Of a stretch of DNA of 64,000 nt, positions 22,596 to 35,423 are shown piece by piece. Origin of the DNA: Rhynchopus sp. YZ270_cl-10 (lineage: Eukaryota). The notes beneath the pieces are model-generated. The model saw nothing but the letters and a program-made list of their open reading frames with translations. It was not told the origin of the DNA and searched no databases. Position 1 is the stretch's first letter. Each line of letters starts with the position of its first letter. The position numbers and the translations under genes were made by a program. The stretch covers positions 1,612,001-1,676,000 of the forward strand of contig OZ037842.1 of NCBI GenBank assembly GCA_964035575.1, in the 5' to 3' direction.

Positions 22596-23752
22596 ATGCC
22601 ACCACCACCGTTCTCAATAAACGCAGAAACCGAGGAGGTGTTCTGCAAGGAGGTGGAGGAGTTGTGCGATTTGTTGGATCAGTCTGAGGCACGTGGGGGG
22701 TTGTTTGTGCGATGGATCAGCACGACGTTGCAGCAGGACGGAGGGGCCGCGTTGGTGCAGGCTGCTGGGGATGGGGCAAGGCTGCTGGAGGAGATGGGGC
22801 TCGGGGCGATCATCCGTGAGGCGCCGTTCCACCTGCCGGAGTTGTTGGTGCAGCTTGCAGGCGCAGTGTCGACGTTCTCGTCGACGCACAACCTCGCGCA
22901 GCCTATTGCCACCCTTGACGTTACCCTCAGCGGCGCCCTCCTCCCCACCCTCGCACTCCGCGGCCGTGCCCGCGAAGCACTCACAGAGCAGGTCCTCGGC
23001 CAAGTCGACACTGTGCTCACCATCGCAACCCACGTCCTCACACATTTACACTGTCACGCCTCGGTTCCGATCCACGAGCAGCTCTCCGTCGCACAAAAGG
23101 GTGCAATAAAAACAACACTATCAGGTATGCCCTGTTTAAACCTCTTGGATCGATATAAAAAGGGGAAGCTGTCTCTTCAATGGTGAGGGCACACCGTCAG
23201 CAATCCTATGTGTACGTATAACCTTTTCGTCCAAGAACCCTCCCATTTGGTCCCTCATTCCCATTACAATTTTCTCTTTCACCTCAACCCCCCTTTTTCA
23301 CAGCGCTTATGGAAGTTCTGAACGACACACGCGAGGAAACGGCGTTGCTCTGCACGCATCTTATTGTGCTGCTGCAGGTGTGCGCTGGGTGCGAATACTA
23401 TGACATGATACCGGCACATGAGAACGCAAACTGCTTTGGGGTGCAGTTCATTTCGTTGATGAACCGGTGCAAATTCCAGAACACGGGTGGTGCTGGTGAC
23501 GACAAGATGCCCGACGTACAGTTCATGTCGAAGCTGATCGGCATCGAGAGCGTTGCAACGAGCCAGGCATCCTCAAGCTCCGTCATCTACCCCAGAGACC
23601 TGGCCGTCTTCTGCGAGATGCTCGAACAAGACGTACGTGACCAAGGCCCAGCTTCACCACGAGGCGTTGCCTATAAAACCCTCCTACGAGCCATCGTCGC
23701 AAGTGAATTAAAACCTGTCGGGTGTTCCGTAGACCTTTCCCAATATGAATGA
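22596..23752 (+). CDS. SPIN90/Ldb17/Dip1-like leucine-rich domain protein (2 exons: 22596-23124, 23304-23752)
   Basis: A GT-AG intron joins the two ORFs in frame. C-terminal FGVQFISLMNR...IYPRDLAVFCEMLEQDVRD...RGVAYKTLLRAI resembles the SPIN90/Ldb17 LRD consensus (recognised from memory, not searched). Confidence 0.55.
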
Positions 23753-24609
23753 AAAATGTGCAAAAAATCTGAACAAAAGCAATCCGTTGTTGTCCGAGAC
23801 TCAGTTCTTAAAATGAACGTTTCTCTAACTGAATGAATCTGGTTGTGGTTACCCGACCCCTACCTATTCAAATAAACTGGAATGAGGGGTGTGGGGAGAG
23901 GGGGTGGGAGTCGTTACTAAAACCTTTTTGTGCTTACATCCGGGGCTGGCATCGTAGCTGGGTCAGTTGGAGGTCTGCATCGATTTTTTTTTCATTTTTA
24001 TTCATCACCGAAAAAGTTGTATATTGTTGGAGATCACACAGGGTGTGGTCGGGCAGTATTATTGTCTCATTTGCAAATAAGAAGTGCTCTCAATTCTGTT
24101 TTATTTGCTCCAGTGTTTTATTAGTGTCCCAGTGACCCCCCCTATTTTTTTGTACCAATGTCTCGTGTGTCCCTATCTCCCATCAGTTTTTTATTTTGAA
24201 CGAAATCTGCAAAAAAAGACTCCCTCCCTCACCCATATTGCATTTCCGTCTTCTAACGATACACGAGAAGCTCCACGAAACGGATTCAACTCAACTCAAA
24301 CTCACAGTAGTAGTATTTTCATGTGTGAATTTTGAAGCCTCCCACCTAACAAAAACTACACTCGGGTTTGAAAAATTGACCCAAAAAACCCCCCTCCTTT
24401 TCTAGCAGGCAATACAACACATATTTCCCCCCTGCGTTCCTTCCCTCAACACACATACACCCGCTAACTGCATCTTTATTTTTGTATCTTGATAATATTG
24501 TTTCTCTGCATGGGATAGTTGCTCCGCCACCGCCTTCCGCCCTGTTTGCGGGGTTTTTTTTCCTTTTTTTCCCCCCCTCCCTTTTCCCCTCCTGCGCCAC
24601 CCTTCTTGA

Positions 24610-27600
24610 ATGCCGGATGTTTCCCCAACCGCCTCCATCGTGGAGGTGTCTCCTTCGGGTGAAGAGTTAAAAGCTTCGTCTTCTTCTTCTTCATCTTCTC
24701 CAAAAAAATCTCACTTTGCGGACCCAGTTAATACCCCGAAGATTTCTGAAGAGAAAGACGCAATTAAGGACATAAAATCGCCTCCTGTAATAATTGGACG
24801 TTCTCCGGATGAACGATCTTTGGAGAAGAAATCACCTAAAAGCAGCCCGTTGGTTTCGCCTGATATTGTGAGGTCACCTCCGGAGAAGAATTCTGAGCCT
24901 GGAAAGCAGCCTTCACCGAGGACTATTTTGTCTCCGCTTGGACCGGCGTTGACGGAATCGAAGGATGGGCTTCCTTCAGCTCCGTTGCGTGCTTCTTCTA
25001 TGAAGCTGAGAAGGAGATCATCCGATCCGGCTGACCATTTGCACGCACCGTCAGGACCTTCTTCTGTTCCGCCTTTGTCGCCGGATTTATCTTCATACAA
25101 ATCAGATAGGGGGGATTCACCTATCGATGCGTCTCATAGGTCGTCGCGAAGAGGTTCACCATATCCCCGTTCAAATGGTTCTTCATCACCAAAATCGAAG
25201 GGAAAACAACGCAAAAAGTGGAAACGTGGTAAGCTTCTCGGAGAAGGAGGCTTCGGTGAGGTATACCTTGGGTTGGATGAGGATATGGGGAATCTCATTG
25301 CAGTGAAGCATGTTAAGATCGATTCGCGGGCAAATTCGGATGCGTTAGTACAGCTTCTGAATGAGGTGGAGCTGATGGCACGGCTGACACATCCAAGCAT
25401 CGTAAAATATATGTCTATGGAGACATTCGAAGGGTACTGCAACATCTTCATGGAGTACGTCCCGGGGGGGTCCGTTCTGAGTGTTCTCGAGGAGTTTGGG
25501 CCATTTACGGATGAAGTAACATCTTCGTATAGCAGACAGATCTTGAATGGGCTGGAGTATCTGCACAATGCAAAGGTTGTCCATCGGGATATTAAGTCGG
25601 CCAATATATTGTTGCATTCTGACGGGAATTTGAGGTTGGCAGATTTTGGTGCAGCAGTGCAGCTGGCAGCCTGCGCAGAAAAGAAAAAGCATGAGCTGGG
25701 AGGCACCGTGATGTGGATGCCGCCCGAGGTCATCAAGGAAGGCACCAAGGCGAATATTGCGTGGCAGCAGGACATATGGTCGCTAGGGTGCACGATCATG
25801 GAGATGCTGACGGCAAAGCGTCCGTTTAAATGGGTTGCGGACGACGAAAAGGACATCGTCCTGCACATCATCGACATGGAGAAGGAGGTGCAGCTTCCGG
25901 ACTCGATTTCGAAGGAAGCGTCGGACTTTTTGTTGAAGTGTTTGAAGAAGCCTGCAGAGGAGAGGCCGTCTGCGACGGAGATGTTGACCTACAAATACAT
26001 TGAGCTTTCCGACGCGAATCCGGTCACAGAACGCAGCAGGAAGCCACGCCCTGAGTCGCCCCGCGCCTCTCCAAAGAGCGTTCCTCGCGTGAAGAGCAGA
26101 CCTGCCGGCACACCCTCAAAGCGTCACTCCTCTCCTCGGGGCTTCGACGACGACTCTCGCCTCCGTCTCGTATCCGCATCCTCCTTTGGCAAACGCTCCT
26201 CGATCTACGCCGAAGGTGTTGACCCAGGCACGCCGAACACCATGATAGGTAGCCCTGCTGTCTCCGTTGCTTCCGTGAATGGGTCTTGGACAAATGGACG
26301 GCGTGGGCGGGATACCCCCAGCAGTACCCGGCACAACCCTCGTGCAACCATTTATGACGGGTCGTTTGCATCGGATTTGGATCAGTCAGAGAGGCGGCGG
26401 GTGCCGTCTGCGACTGTGATGCAGGACTTCGATCTGACTGCAGTTGAGGGCGAGACGGGGTTGGTTCTGACGGACGCCATGGCAGTCGCATCTGTCGCGC
26501 CTGGGTCTCCTGCAGACGAGGCGGGGCTGTCTGCAGTTGTAGGGTGGTTTCTGACGAGGGTTGCAGACACGGCTGGGCGTTCGCACCGATCAGACCGTTC
26601 TTCGAATGAGCGTGTAGTGTATTCGCACCCGGACAAGCGGGATGAGATTGTTCAGATGCTGGCAGAATGCTCCGTCCGCATGACCTTCATTGTGTACAAG
26701 CCAGGTGACGAAGTAGAGGTCCTCCGTTCCAGCGCAGAGTGGCATGTGTGCACAGTGCGCTCTGTCAAACCTGAAGAGCACCGCATCACCATCTTTGGCT
26801 ACGAAAGCGAAAAAATATTCCGGAAGGAGCTGAGCTTTTCCAACCTCGACACACACCTGAGGGTGGCCACGAAGAAGTCTTCTAGCTCCTCCTCCCCGAA
26901 GCTCAAGATTAAGGAAGACAACAAAGACAAAGAAAAGGACAAGAAGGACGACAAGAAGAAGCCCTCCGAAGAGCTCGACAAAGACAAGAAAAGCGACGAC
27001 GCCGACCCTGACACCCAGGAGCGCCCACGCCTCCCGGACAACGCAGCAAAGTCAGCTTCCTCCGACGGCAGGAACTCCCCAGAGCAGAGTGACATCATCA
27101 CGGGAGATGACGTATGCAAAAACCCCCCCATCCCCTTTAGAATTCCCTCACATTCTTCTGACCTTCAAATTTTTACTAAACAGCCGTCGCCTCTCGGACA
27201 GAAGAGCCAGCATGGGAATATGTCGAGCTTGATGCTTCCTTTGGGTGTGCTTCAGTCGCGGGAAGAGGAAGGGAACAGCAGTCCGTCGCCTGTGTACACC
27301 AAGAGCGCTGGAGAGCAGCGGCAGTATACAGAGTTTGTGAAGGGGAAGGCGGTGAGCCCGACGGCGGAGAACATTGAGTGGTGCAGTCCTACCTCTGCGT
27401 GGCCGAAGAGTAAAGTGACGCCGACGATGGTTCCGGGGATGTTGGCAGCGTCGCCTGCAGGGAGCCCTGTGTTCGTGCGGCGGAGTGGGTCGCGTGTGGA
27501 GAGCGACTGCGAGGATAGGATGGAGCGGCGCCTCAGCCAGACCATGCCGCAGCCTAACGGAGAGAACGGCATGCACCCCAGGAACCGCAGCCCGCACAGC

Positions 27601-30133
27601 ATGTCCTTCCCACGTGGCAACGGTGTCTGGTCGCAGCCAGCCATTCCCGCACGCAGGGAAAGCAGCTTCCCAGAGGACCTCACACCCATCACGTCGCCAG
27701 TCATCTGCATCAACGATGACACCCGTGGCTTTCAGCTTGCAAAACTGACCAAAGCTTCCAAGCCCAACCGGCCAATCCTAGCTGCTGCTATGGACAGAAA
27801 GTATGTGGGGTTTTCTCCGTCGTTCAAAATATTTGGAAATGATTGTAAAAAAAAACTGCATTTGAACATTTTAAACAAACACAGCCAATCTGCATCATCA
27901 ACGCCAAAAGCGGACGACGCCAGCGCCTCGTCACCACTCTCGGCAGCACCGTCAAACACCAAAGAAGTATGTATTTTGCCCCCTTCTTTTGTAATTGCTT
28001 TAGATTCTCTAAGGCCACCAGGCGTGCGATGCGTATAATTATGTAACTATCTCTCTTCTCCCGATAGCGTCTCAGGGTGGCTCTACTGTTGCCTCACACA
28101 TCAAAACACCACTCTCCTTTGCACACCACATCCACTCCACCAGGTTGCAACCGGGGGTCGTAGACCCCGCTCCAAAACGACTGTAACCTTTTCGACAACG
28201 TGGCAAGGTTCGAGCTCAAAGCGCAGCCCCCCAGATAGGATGACTGAGGTATGCACCCTTACTTTCCACAGCGCACAGAGCCTTGCGTATTACAGTTCTT
28301 TTTGTATGTTTTATCGTGATTTATGATCCCCCCACAGATAGCAGACCTGCAACGCCAACCCTCCCACACGGCGTCTGCCTTTGATTCGCACCCAGCACGG
28401 CACCCTGCAGCAGGGACACCCATCACCGAGCATGGTATTGAGAGCAATGCAGAGTCGATGCGCACACGCCGCTCGGGGTCTGTGCACTCGACGTCAGGGC
28501 AGAGTCTGCTGCCGATATCGCCTCTGAGCATCTCAGACTTGACTGTGGACCGGCAGCCGACGGGGATGCTGTTCCGCAAGCGTCTGATCGAGCAGCAGGC
28601 GCTGTCCCCAACGGAGGACTACGAGAGCACGACGCCACGCGACGCGTTGGAGGCGTCTGGGCAGCTGTCGGGCTCGCTGCTGGTGATCGATGTGCGGCCT
28701 GAAGACCACGACGAAGACTCACAGCGTGTGGTGCACTCGCTGCTGCCGAACCACAATGTGGCGCTCTTCGTCGCCTCGCTTCGTACACTCTGCCAGCTCG
28801 CAGACGTTCTCTGCAACGATGCAGAACGCCGCAAAGAGCTGCACTACTCCATCAACGCACGCTGTGAGGCGATCAACTACCCACCCTTCCCGGCACTCCC
28901 TTCATGGCTTGTGGCAAGCGACAAAGCGACGGATATGTGTTCACAGTACAAAATGTCCCGCCCGCTCACCTTTTCACTGACCATGGGACCACCCTCTTCG
29001 GGGAAAGGTACGTTCTTTTAAAATTGCAAATTGTTTTCATGCCCATAATACATTTTACAACAGATGTTGCGTCCGACCGTGTTGGCATTCGTTGGCGGCG
29101 GTTGGGGGGTCCACCGCAGTGTGCGTTCATTGTGGATGAGGTGATGGAGGAGTCTCCGGCAGAAGGTGCACGGATTGTACCTGGGTTGGAGTTGTTGTGC
29201 ATTGACGGGAAGGAGGTGAACGATGAGAATCAGCTGCGTGCGGCGCTGCTGAAGGGTGTGCAGAGACGTGGCATGGTGATGTGCTTCTACAGCCCTGAGG
29301 AGGACGGTGCGTCTGCTGTGCGGCTCATCTCGAACAACTCCATGCGGAGCATTGCCAGTGTCGGTAGCGTGCTCATCCACACCAACAGCTACGGCGGAAG
29401 CAGCAGCGGGTCCCCGCTTCGCCGCGATGCACGCTCGAACACCACCTCCCCACGAGGACGCACCACCCGCAAGGAGTCGCACCTCACACAGTTCGAAAGC
29501 GGCTGCGCTGCCGACAGCTCTGCCGCCGCCCTAGCACGCACCGGGTCATGCATGTCCCTCTCCCCCACCGCAGGCGGCAAACGCGTTTTCTCAATCGAAG
29601 TAAAAACACCCTACGAAGAAAAACCCATCAAAACGCAAAGCGACGAACCCGATGCGCCTGAAGCAAGCGAGCTGCCCCCAGCGCTCAACGGGATTACCAC
29701 TGTGTACAGCGACCTTGGCGAGAAGGAGAAGGAGCAGCGGAGACAAGATGAATCTGTTTCAGGGGATGCAGTCTGGTCACCCGTGCAGGAGGTGTCTAGA
29801 CCTCCGGTACATCCGTTGAAGCTGGAGAGAGTGCATTCTGTGAAGGAGGAAAGCGACCGCAAGGTTGTGGTCGACATTGAGCAGGGGAACGAAAAGGAGA
29901 AGGGGAAGGAGAAGGAGGGCAAGAAGGGGAAGGGCCTCGAAGGCGGTGTGGGGGAAGGCACTGCGCCAACCCTGCAAGAACGCTTCATCGCGCACGTGCG
30001 CAAGAAGATCCCTGCATCGAACATCGTGATAGGTCTCCTGCTTGTGCTCGTGATCGTCCTCTTATCACTCTTCTTCAAGGTGTACTACCTACTGATCTTC
30101 CTTCTTATGCTCCCCTTCGCCTTTGCGTGCTAA
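24610..30133 (+). CDS. STE11/MAP3K-like Ser/Thr kinase with PDZ-like domains and C-terminal TM helix (~1705 aa; exons 24610-27800, 27885-27966, 28144-28248, 28338-29007, 29064-30133)
   Basis: WKRGKLLGEGGFGEVY, IAVK, FMEYVPGGS, HRDIKSANIL, ADFG, WMPPE, DIWSLGC. Four GT-AG introns join the ORFs into one frame (5118 nt). PDZ-like VASVAPGSPADEAGL and VDEVMEESPAEGARIVPGLELLCIDG. Hydrophobic C-terminus. Confidence 0.85.
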
Positions 30134-30348
30134 ATACGGAGAGAAAAAAAAAATGGAGTTTTTCTCCCCGGTAGAGAGGGGGAGTTAAAATAAGGGAACG
30201 TTCTGAATTATGGTTTTTTTTTTCGTTTTGTTCAGCAACGAAAATGGGTGTAGGACTGCATGGTTTGGGTCCACACAGTGCAGGGCAGTGTACCAATGTA
30301 CGCTCTTCATGAGGCCTTTTGTATCTCAAGTCAATTATCATTTCTTTA

Positions 30349-30434
30349 GGTGACTAAGCACGAGAGGCTTCGGTTCATCTTATAAACTTTTTTCTTTCTT
30401 AAAGATGTGTGTGCTCGAGAGGCACGTTCGTCTT
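30349..30434 (+). repeat. Representative pair of a dispersed ~35-40 bp hairpin repeat family (ACGAGAG-like loop)
   Basis: GGTGACTAAGCACGAGAGGCTTCGGTTCATCTT and AAGATGTGTGTGCTCGAGAGGCACGTTCGTCTT. About 20 related copies across the window. Confidence 0.75.
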
Positions 30435-32796
30435 ACTGCGTTTGTCTTTTTTTTCTTTTTGTGTGTCTTTCCAAAGAAGCGCCGTCTTCGTAGCTATCCT
30501 CGTGTGCTCTCCCGATTGGAATGGATGATTAGTGACTTTTGTGGGTAGGGTGGGTGGGGGGAGGTATACGTATGGGAGTTATCTTAAATTTATTTAGCGT
30601 TCGTTTCTTCTTTTTTGGGGTCATTGAGAGAAACACACTACGCATGGGTAAGGGAACCAATTTTTCCTATCTAACGCTTTGTTTCGAGAGGGTGTTTAAC
30701 GTGAGTAGCGTACACAAAAAAAAACAGTGGATATGGCACAACTGTGGCAACACAACCGAGGCAACTACACTACTCCAACAATTTATCAAAAAAAAAAAAA
30801 ATATTAATAGTGGAGCTCATCCTCTGGGTGTCTACACTTATACAGCAGTTTTAAAAATATAGTATTTTCAATTCATCCCTGCGGTGTTTCAGTAAGAGCG
30901 TAGAACCTGTGTTTTTTTTGCTTGCGTTTCGACGCAGCGGTTCACTCTGATGGAAGCGGGCAATACCCACCTGTTGAGGTTCAGAGGCGCGTTCCTCTTT
31001 CAAGAGTTCTCTTTACTTTGTGTTGTTCAAAGGTGACTGAGCAAGGGAGGCTTAGGTTCATATAACCCCCCTTTTTTCTTTTGAAAAAAAGCAAAGAAAC
31101 GTAAACTTGAAAAATTCAACCATGTTACAATATCCTGGCACAACGACTCCTTTTTCAGTTCATTTGCCAAAAAATCACTTTATTCCGGTTTGGTATCGTT
31201 GAAGAGACCGCCACGCTGCCCATCATCTTATCCTGTCTGTCCGTGCGATTTCATAACAATTGCCCTGAGGCAACTTAACAGCTTTTTTTTTTGTCCATCC
31301 TTATTTTTCTTAACCCAATAACTGACATAACAGAAGAAAAAAAATGCCCCTCTGGCTACACTAATAATACAACCAAATTTTCAAAAAAAAAATAAAAAAT
31401 ACAATCATTACAACAAACGGAAGGGTAAAAACTAAGGTGTATTCTGGGATTCACAACCCTAGGAGCAACGTTTTTTTTTCTCCCCCTACTGCTGTTTGTT
31501 GTAACGACTGTAATAATAAGGGTCTTCACTTGACTCTGAAAGGGTTTCTTCTATTGTCACCTAAACAAGGTGCCGCAAAGATAATATTATTCGTCTTTTT
31601 TTGGCGAAGAGGTTTTCCTGGCTCTGCGCACACAAAAACACAAAAATAAAAACTGAAGGTCCCAATCTTTGCTTCCTATAAACGCAGAAACCCCCCTTTT
31701 TGTTTGCACTTATCAGCTTCACTTCCCTTTTTTGTAATGATTTTTTTTCTGATGTGTTAATTGCAAATCAGATCCCCTGCTCTATTCAGTAGAAGACAGC
31801 GGACCTCTTTGCGAGAAAAAAGGGGGCAACAGTATTGGAGTGTACCATTGGTAAAGCAATGGTATTTCAATGATGATATAGGTGAGTGACGACACCTCCC
31901 CCTTTTTTTTTGCCAGTTGGGTGTGCACGTTTAGGAAAGGCAACTTCCTATTAAGCCCGCCGACTCCATTTTCTTGGAGCTTCCAGGACCGTACATAGCT
32001 CCGTTCCCTAATAGGAATGGTAAAAACAGTGGAGATTGCACAACTGTGGCAACACAACCGAGGCAACTACACTACTCTAACAATTTATCAAAAAAAAATT
32101 TCAAAAAAAGGGCGCAGGGGATGTTACCTATGCTTCCTGTTTGCTATATGTAAGTAGACTATTATGAATTTGTGGAAATTTGATTTTTTTTGTAACACTT
32201 AGAACACCGATTTACTTCCGATTTACTCACAAAGAGTGTATTGCGTTCGAAAATTTGATTATTTTATGGAAAAAAAAAAACCCGAGCGGTAGCGGGAGTA
32301 GGACATCTCAACGTAGACCGCGAAATGGAAGTAAGTTGGGCGGAGGGTGGGCGTGGCGTGGATATATTCTGTTGCGACACGTGATTTTTCCAAGTTTTCA
32401 AAAAAAAAAAAAAAAGGTCTGACTTTTCTTGGTTCGTTGAGATTGGTGTGATTTCATCTAAGAGAAGCATTTACTTCTCTTTTTTACTTTTTGCTAAACA
32501 TGTCAAAAAAAGCAAGGGTACATTGTTTGCACCCTCTTTACATTATTTTTGTTGCATTAAGAAAAGAATGTATATGAAATAATCTAAGAGGTTGCCACGT
32601 ATTTTCTCTTTCTTTCCGAACAATAACTTTCCGTCGTTTTGCGTTTTTTTTTTTTTTTTTTGTGTTTTTTTTGTTTGCAAAGGACAATTTTTTTTTTCTC
32701 ATGGTTTTGCTCTCCCTTCTTAGGTTCCGTTTTGCCAATAAAATAACACCATACCTTAACAGCATTCCTTTTCTGGGGGATGGGGTGGGAGTCTTT

Positions 32797-32902
32797 CACG
32801 ATGATGATATTACTAAGGGTTTTGGTGATATGACGTGCTTGGTGAAGCATGTGCTATGACATGTCGTATCACCAAAAAAACCTGAGTAACATCATCACCG
32901 TG
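32797..32902. repeat. Imperfect ~42-bp inverted repeat/hairpin (possible MITE relic)
   Basis: CACGATGATGATATTACTAAGGGTTTTGGTGATATGACGTG pairs with CATGTCGTATCACCAAAAAAACCTGAGTAACATCATCACCGTG. Confidence 0.75.
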
Positions 32903-34056
32903 TGTTCGGAAAGGGAGATCCGGGGCTAATGGCTTCTGTCAACTGAGGGATTTCACCCCGCCATCTTGCTGGGATTCTGGGTCTTTCTGGTCACGTGAGG
33001 TCGAAACCCCATAGTAACAAAAAAAAGGCTTTCTCGAAGTACTGCAAAACACCTTTAGCTTTGCGAGCAAACAATGCTGGCCGTCTTTGCAAAAAAAGAA
33101 AAAAGAAAAAATAGTGTTATATTGTGTGTATGTGAAAAAACAGTGCGTTGTGACGAGAGAAAAAACTTGGTCCAAATGAGACGGGGTTTTTGTTACTTTT
33201 GGCGAGTTTTTTTTTTTGGAGGTGCACTTACAATTTGTTTGGGTGCCTGTATTTTGCACACACACCTGACGCGATGCGTGCCGAAGTTCCGAAGCTTCGA
33301 ATAAGTGTTGGGCCACCTCCCCCCTACCCTCGAACGAATGGTTTACGTTATGTTCAGTTTGATTTTCTCGTCGAGAATTTTTGAAAATAAAAAAGGACCG
33401 CCCATGTTGTGTCGTTTCCTCTAAGCTTCTTTGGACACGGCAGATATGTGAAAAAAACAGAGAAAGGTCAATAAAATAAACTGATTTTTCTTTGAAAAAG
33501 ATCTGTTTTATGTGTTCTAGTTTTGGTTTGTTTTCTGTTTCAAAAAAAAATTTTTTTTTATGGTTCTTTTTGTGACTTCTCAAATTGTCAATTTATTGGT
33601 TTGGGTAAAAACGAGACCCTGTCACATTCAGTGACCCGTCGCGTTTAAATTATTGCTTTCTATTTGAAACTACAAATGGTTTGTGTTTCTTCCCCGAGAA
33701 CGTTTAAAAACACTGCCCCAGAGCAGCCCTTCGTCTTTCAACGCCTTATTAGGTTGCCCTCGCCACCCCTCCCATTTAGTACTTCGGATCAAAAAAAAAG
33801 ATGCTTTCCCTTCGCCAAACGACATTTTTTTTTTTTTTAATTCATCTCTCCCTGCACACATCCCAACCTGAGCAATGCTCCGCTCTGAAGAACTACCGTA
33901 ATAATGTTGGAACGCTTTAAAAAATGCCCTGCCGTTCCAACATTACGTTAACGGTGTTCCCTTCTCAAAAACCCCTCTAGCTTCTCCGGCATAAACCACT
34001 TCTCACAAAGTATGAACCTTCTTTCCAGATCCTGCATACACACTACACTATAAAAT

Positions 34057-34542
34057 ATGTTGCGCGGAACGGTCATCCAGAAGATTGTATCAGGTGGACA
34101 GACCGGTGCGGATAGGGCTGGGCTGGACGCAGCTGTAGCGTTGCGTCTTGCCCTGGGGGGGTGGTGCCCGAAGGGGAGACGTGCAGAGGACGGTCCTATC
34201 GACGCGAAGTACCCTTTGGTTGAGACACCGCGCAGTGCGTACACACAGCGTACGGAGTGGAATGTTCGCGACTCTGATGCTACTCTTGTCTTAGTGTGGG
34301 AGAGGCTTATCCCAGGTGGTGGGACCGAACTCACAGTGAAGCTTGCTAAGAAACACAACAAGCCTGTTCTCGTGGTGGATGTCTCAGAAAAACGGTCGCA
34401 AAACACACAACAATGTCTCGAAGACTTTGTATCAAACAATTCTGTCAAGGTGCTCAACATTGCTGGTCCACGTGAGTCCACAACGGTGCCTGTATATGAA
34501 CCCTGTCTCGAGTATCTGACGTCGCATCTTCAAAGGTTGTGA
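34057..34542 (+). CDS. Circularly permuted YpsA SLOG-family protein (often annotated 'putative molybdenum carrier protein')
   Basis: KIVSGGQTGADRAGLDAA, GGWCPKGRRAEDG, RTEWNVRDSDATL, GGTELT, LNIAGPRES. Intronless. Confidence 0.9.
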   Translation: MLRGTVIQKIVSGGQTGADRAGLDAAVALRLALGGWCPKGRRAEDGPIDAKYPLVETPRSAYTQRTEWNVRDSDATLVLVWERLIPGGGTELTVKLAKKHNKPVLVVDVSEKRSQNTQQCLEDFVSNNSVKVLNIAGPRESTTVPVYEPCLEYLTSHLQRL

Positions 34543-35423
34543 GGAAAAAGAGAGAGATGGAGGGGGGTTTTGTGTGTTCCCAATGCAGGCGCTGTCCACT
34601 AGTGTAGAGAAAGGAAAGAATGCGTGGACTATTCTAGCCCCGGTTTGCGTGTTTGGGTGGGCCCTCAGAGGGTTGCGCAGCGTGATGTAGCGTTGTGATA
34701 TGTATTGTTCCTGACCTTTGAATTTGGTTAATCCCCAGCCAATTCGGGCTGGGGAAATGTGTTAGCTTTTTTTCTCGGTGCGTAGAAGCGTTTTCACTGA
34801 GTTTTCTTACCCTTGACTCAATTTAATTAAAACACTCTGAAAGTGACAACCCAGTTTCACGACCTTCAGTTCTGATGTCTATTGGGACATTGGACACTGT
34901 CTTATTCAAGGATATCTCTAAATCCGACCTTTTTTTTTGGCCAAATTCCAAAATCCCAATCCCAATGCACAATTAGAAAAATTCCTGACAATGATGTCTT
35001 ACAAAAATAAAAGTAGTATTGGGAAAAACAGTACCCCCATCCTTCTCTTGTATGTACCGCGACACTATGCAGTGCCCCTTTTTGTGCTATGTTCTGATGC
35101 ACAGAAGAGTGGCAGCGGGATGTTGTGCGAATTCGGTCTAACTCAGTAGTGCATTTGTCTCTCAATGTGTACGTAGTATGCTGTAGCCTCTGACGCCTTC
35201 TGAAATGACATGGTTGGTTCCGTTCAAAAAGGACAAGGTTTGACCAGGTTTGGGCTGGCTGGAAGCCCCCCTGCGGTGCTGATTCGCATTGTACTCAAAA
35301 CACCCTTCTTCACGGTGGACTCCTTCTGGCAAAGGGCAAGTAAAAAATATCTTAAATCACCACACACTCAGGATAATATTACAAAGCAAACCAAAGGAGG
35401 CAAAAAAGAAAAATACAGTAACA

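Noticed and set aside
10259..34542. Nitrogen/molybdenum gene cluster (Amt + MOT2-like + 'Mo carrier')
   Set aside because: The genes are separated by unrelated genes, no molybdoenzyme is present, and the Mo-carrier label for cpYpsA SLOG proteins is not reliable evidence of function.
35289..35423. N-terminal ORF extensions from non-ATG starts (also at 547, 9027 and 52023)
   Set aside because: Eukaryotic context. Downstream ATGs give sensible N-termini (signal peptide, zinc finger), several directly after acceptor-like sites.
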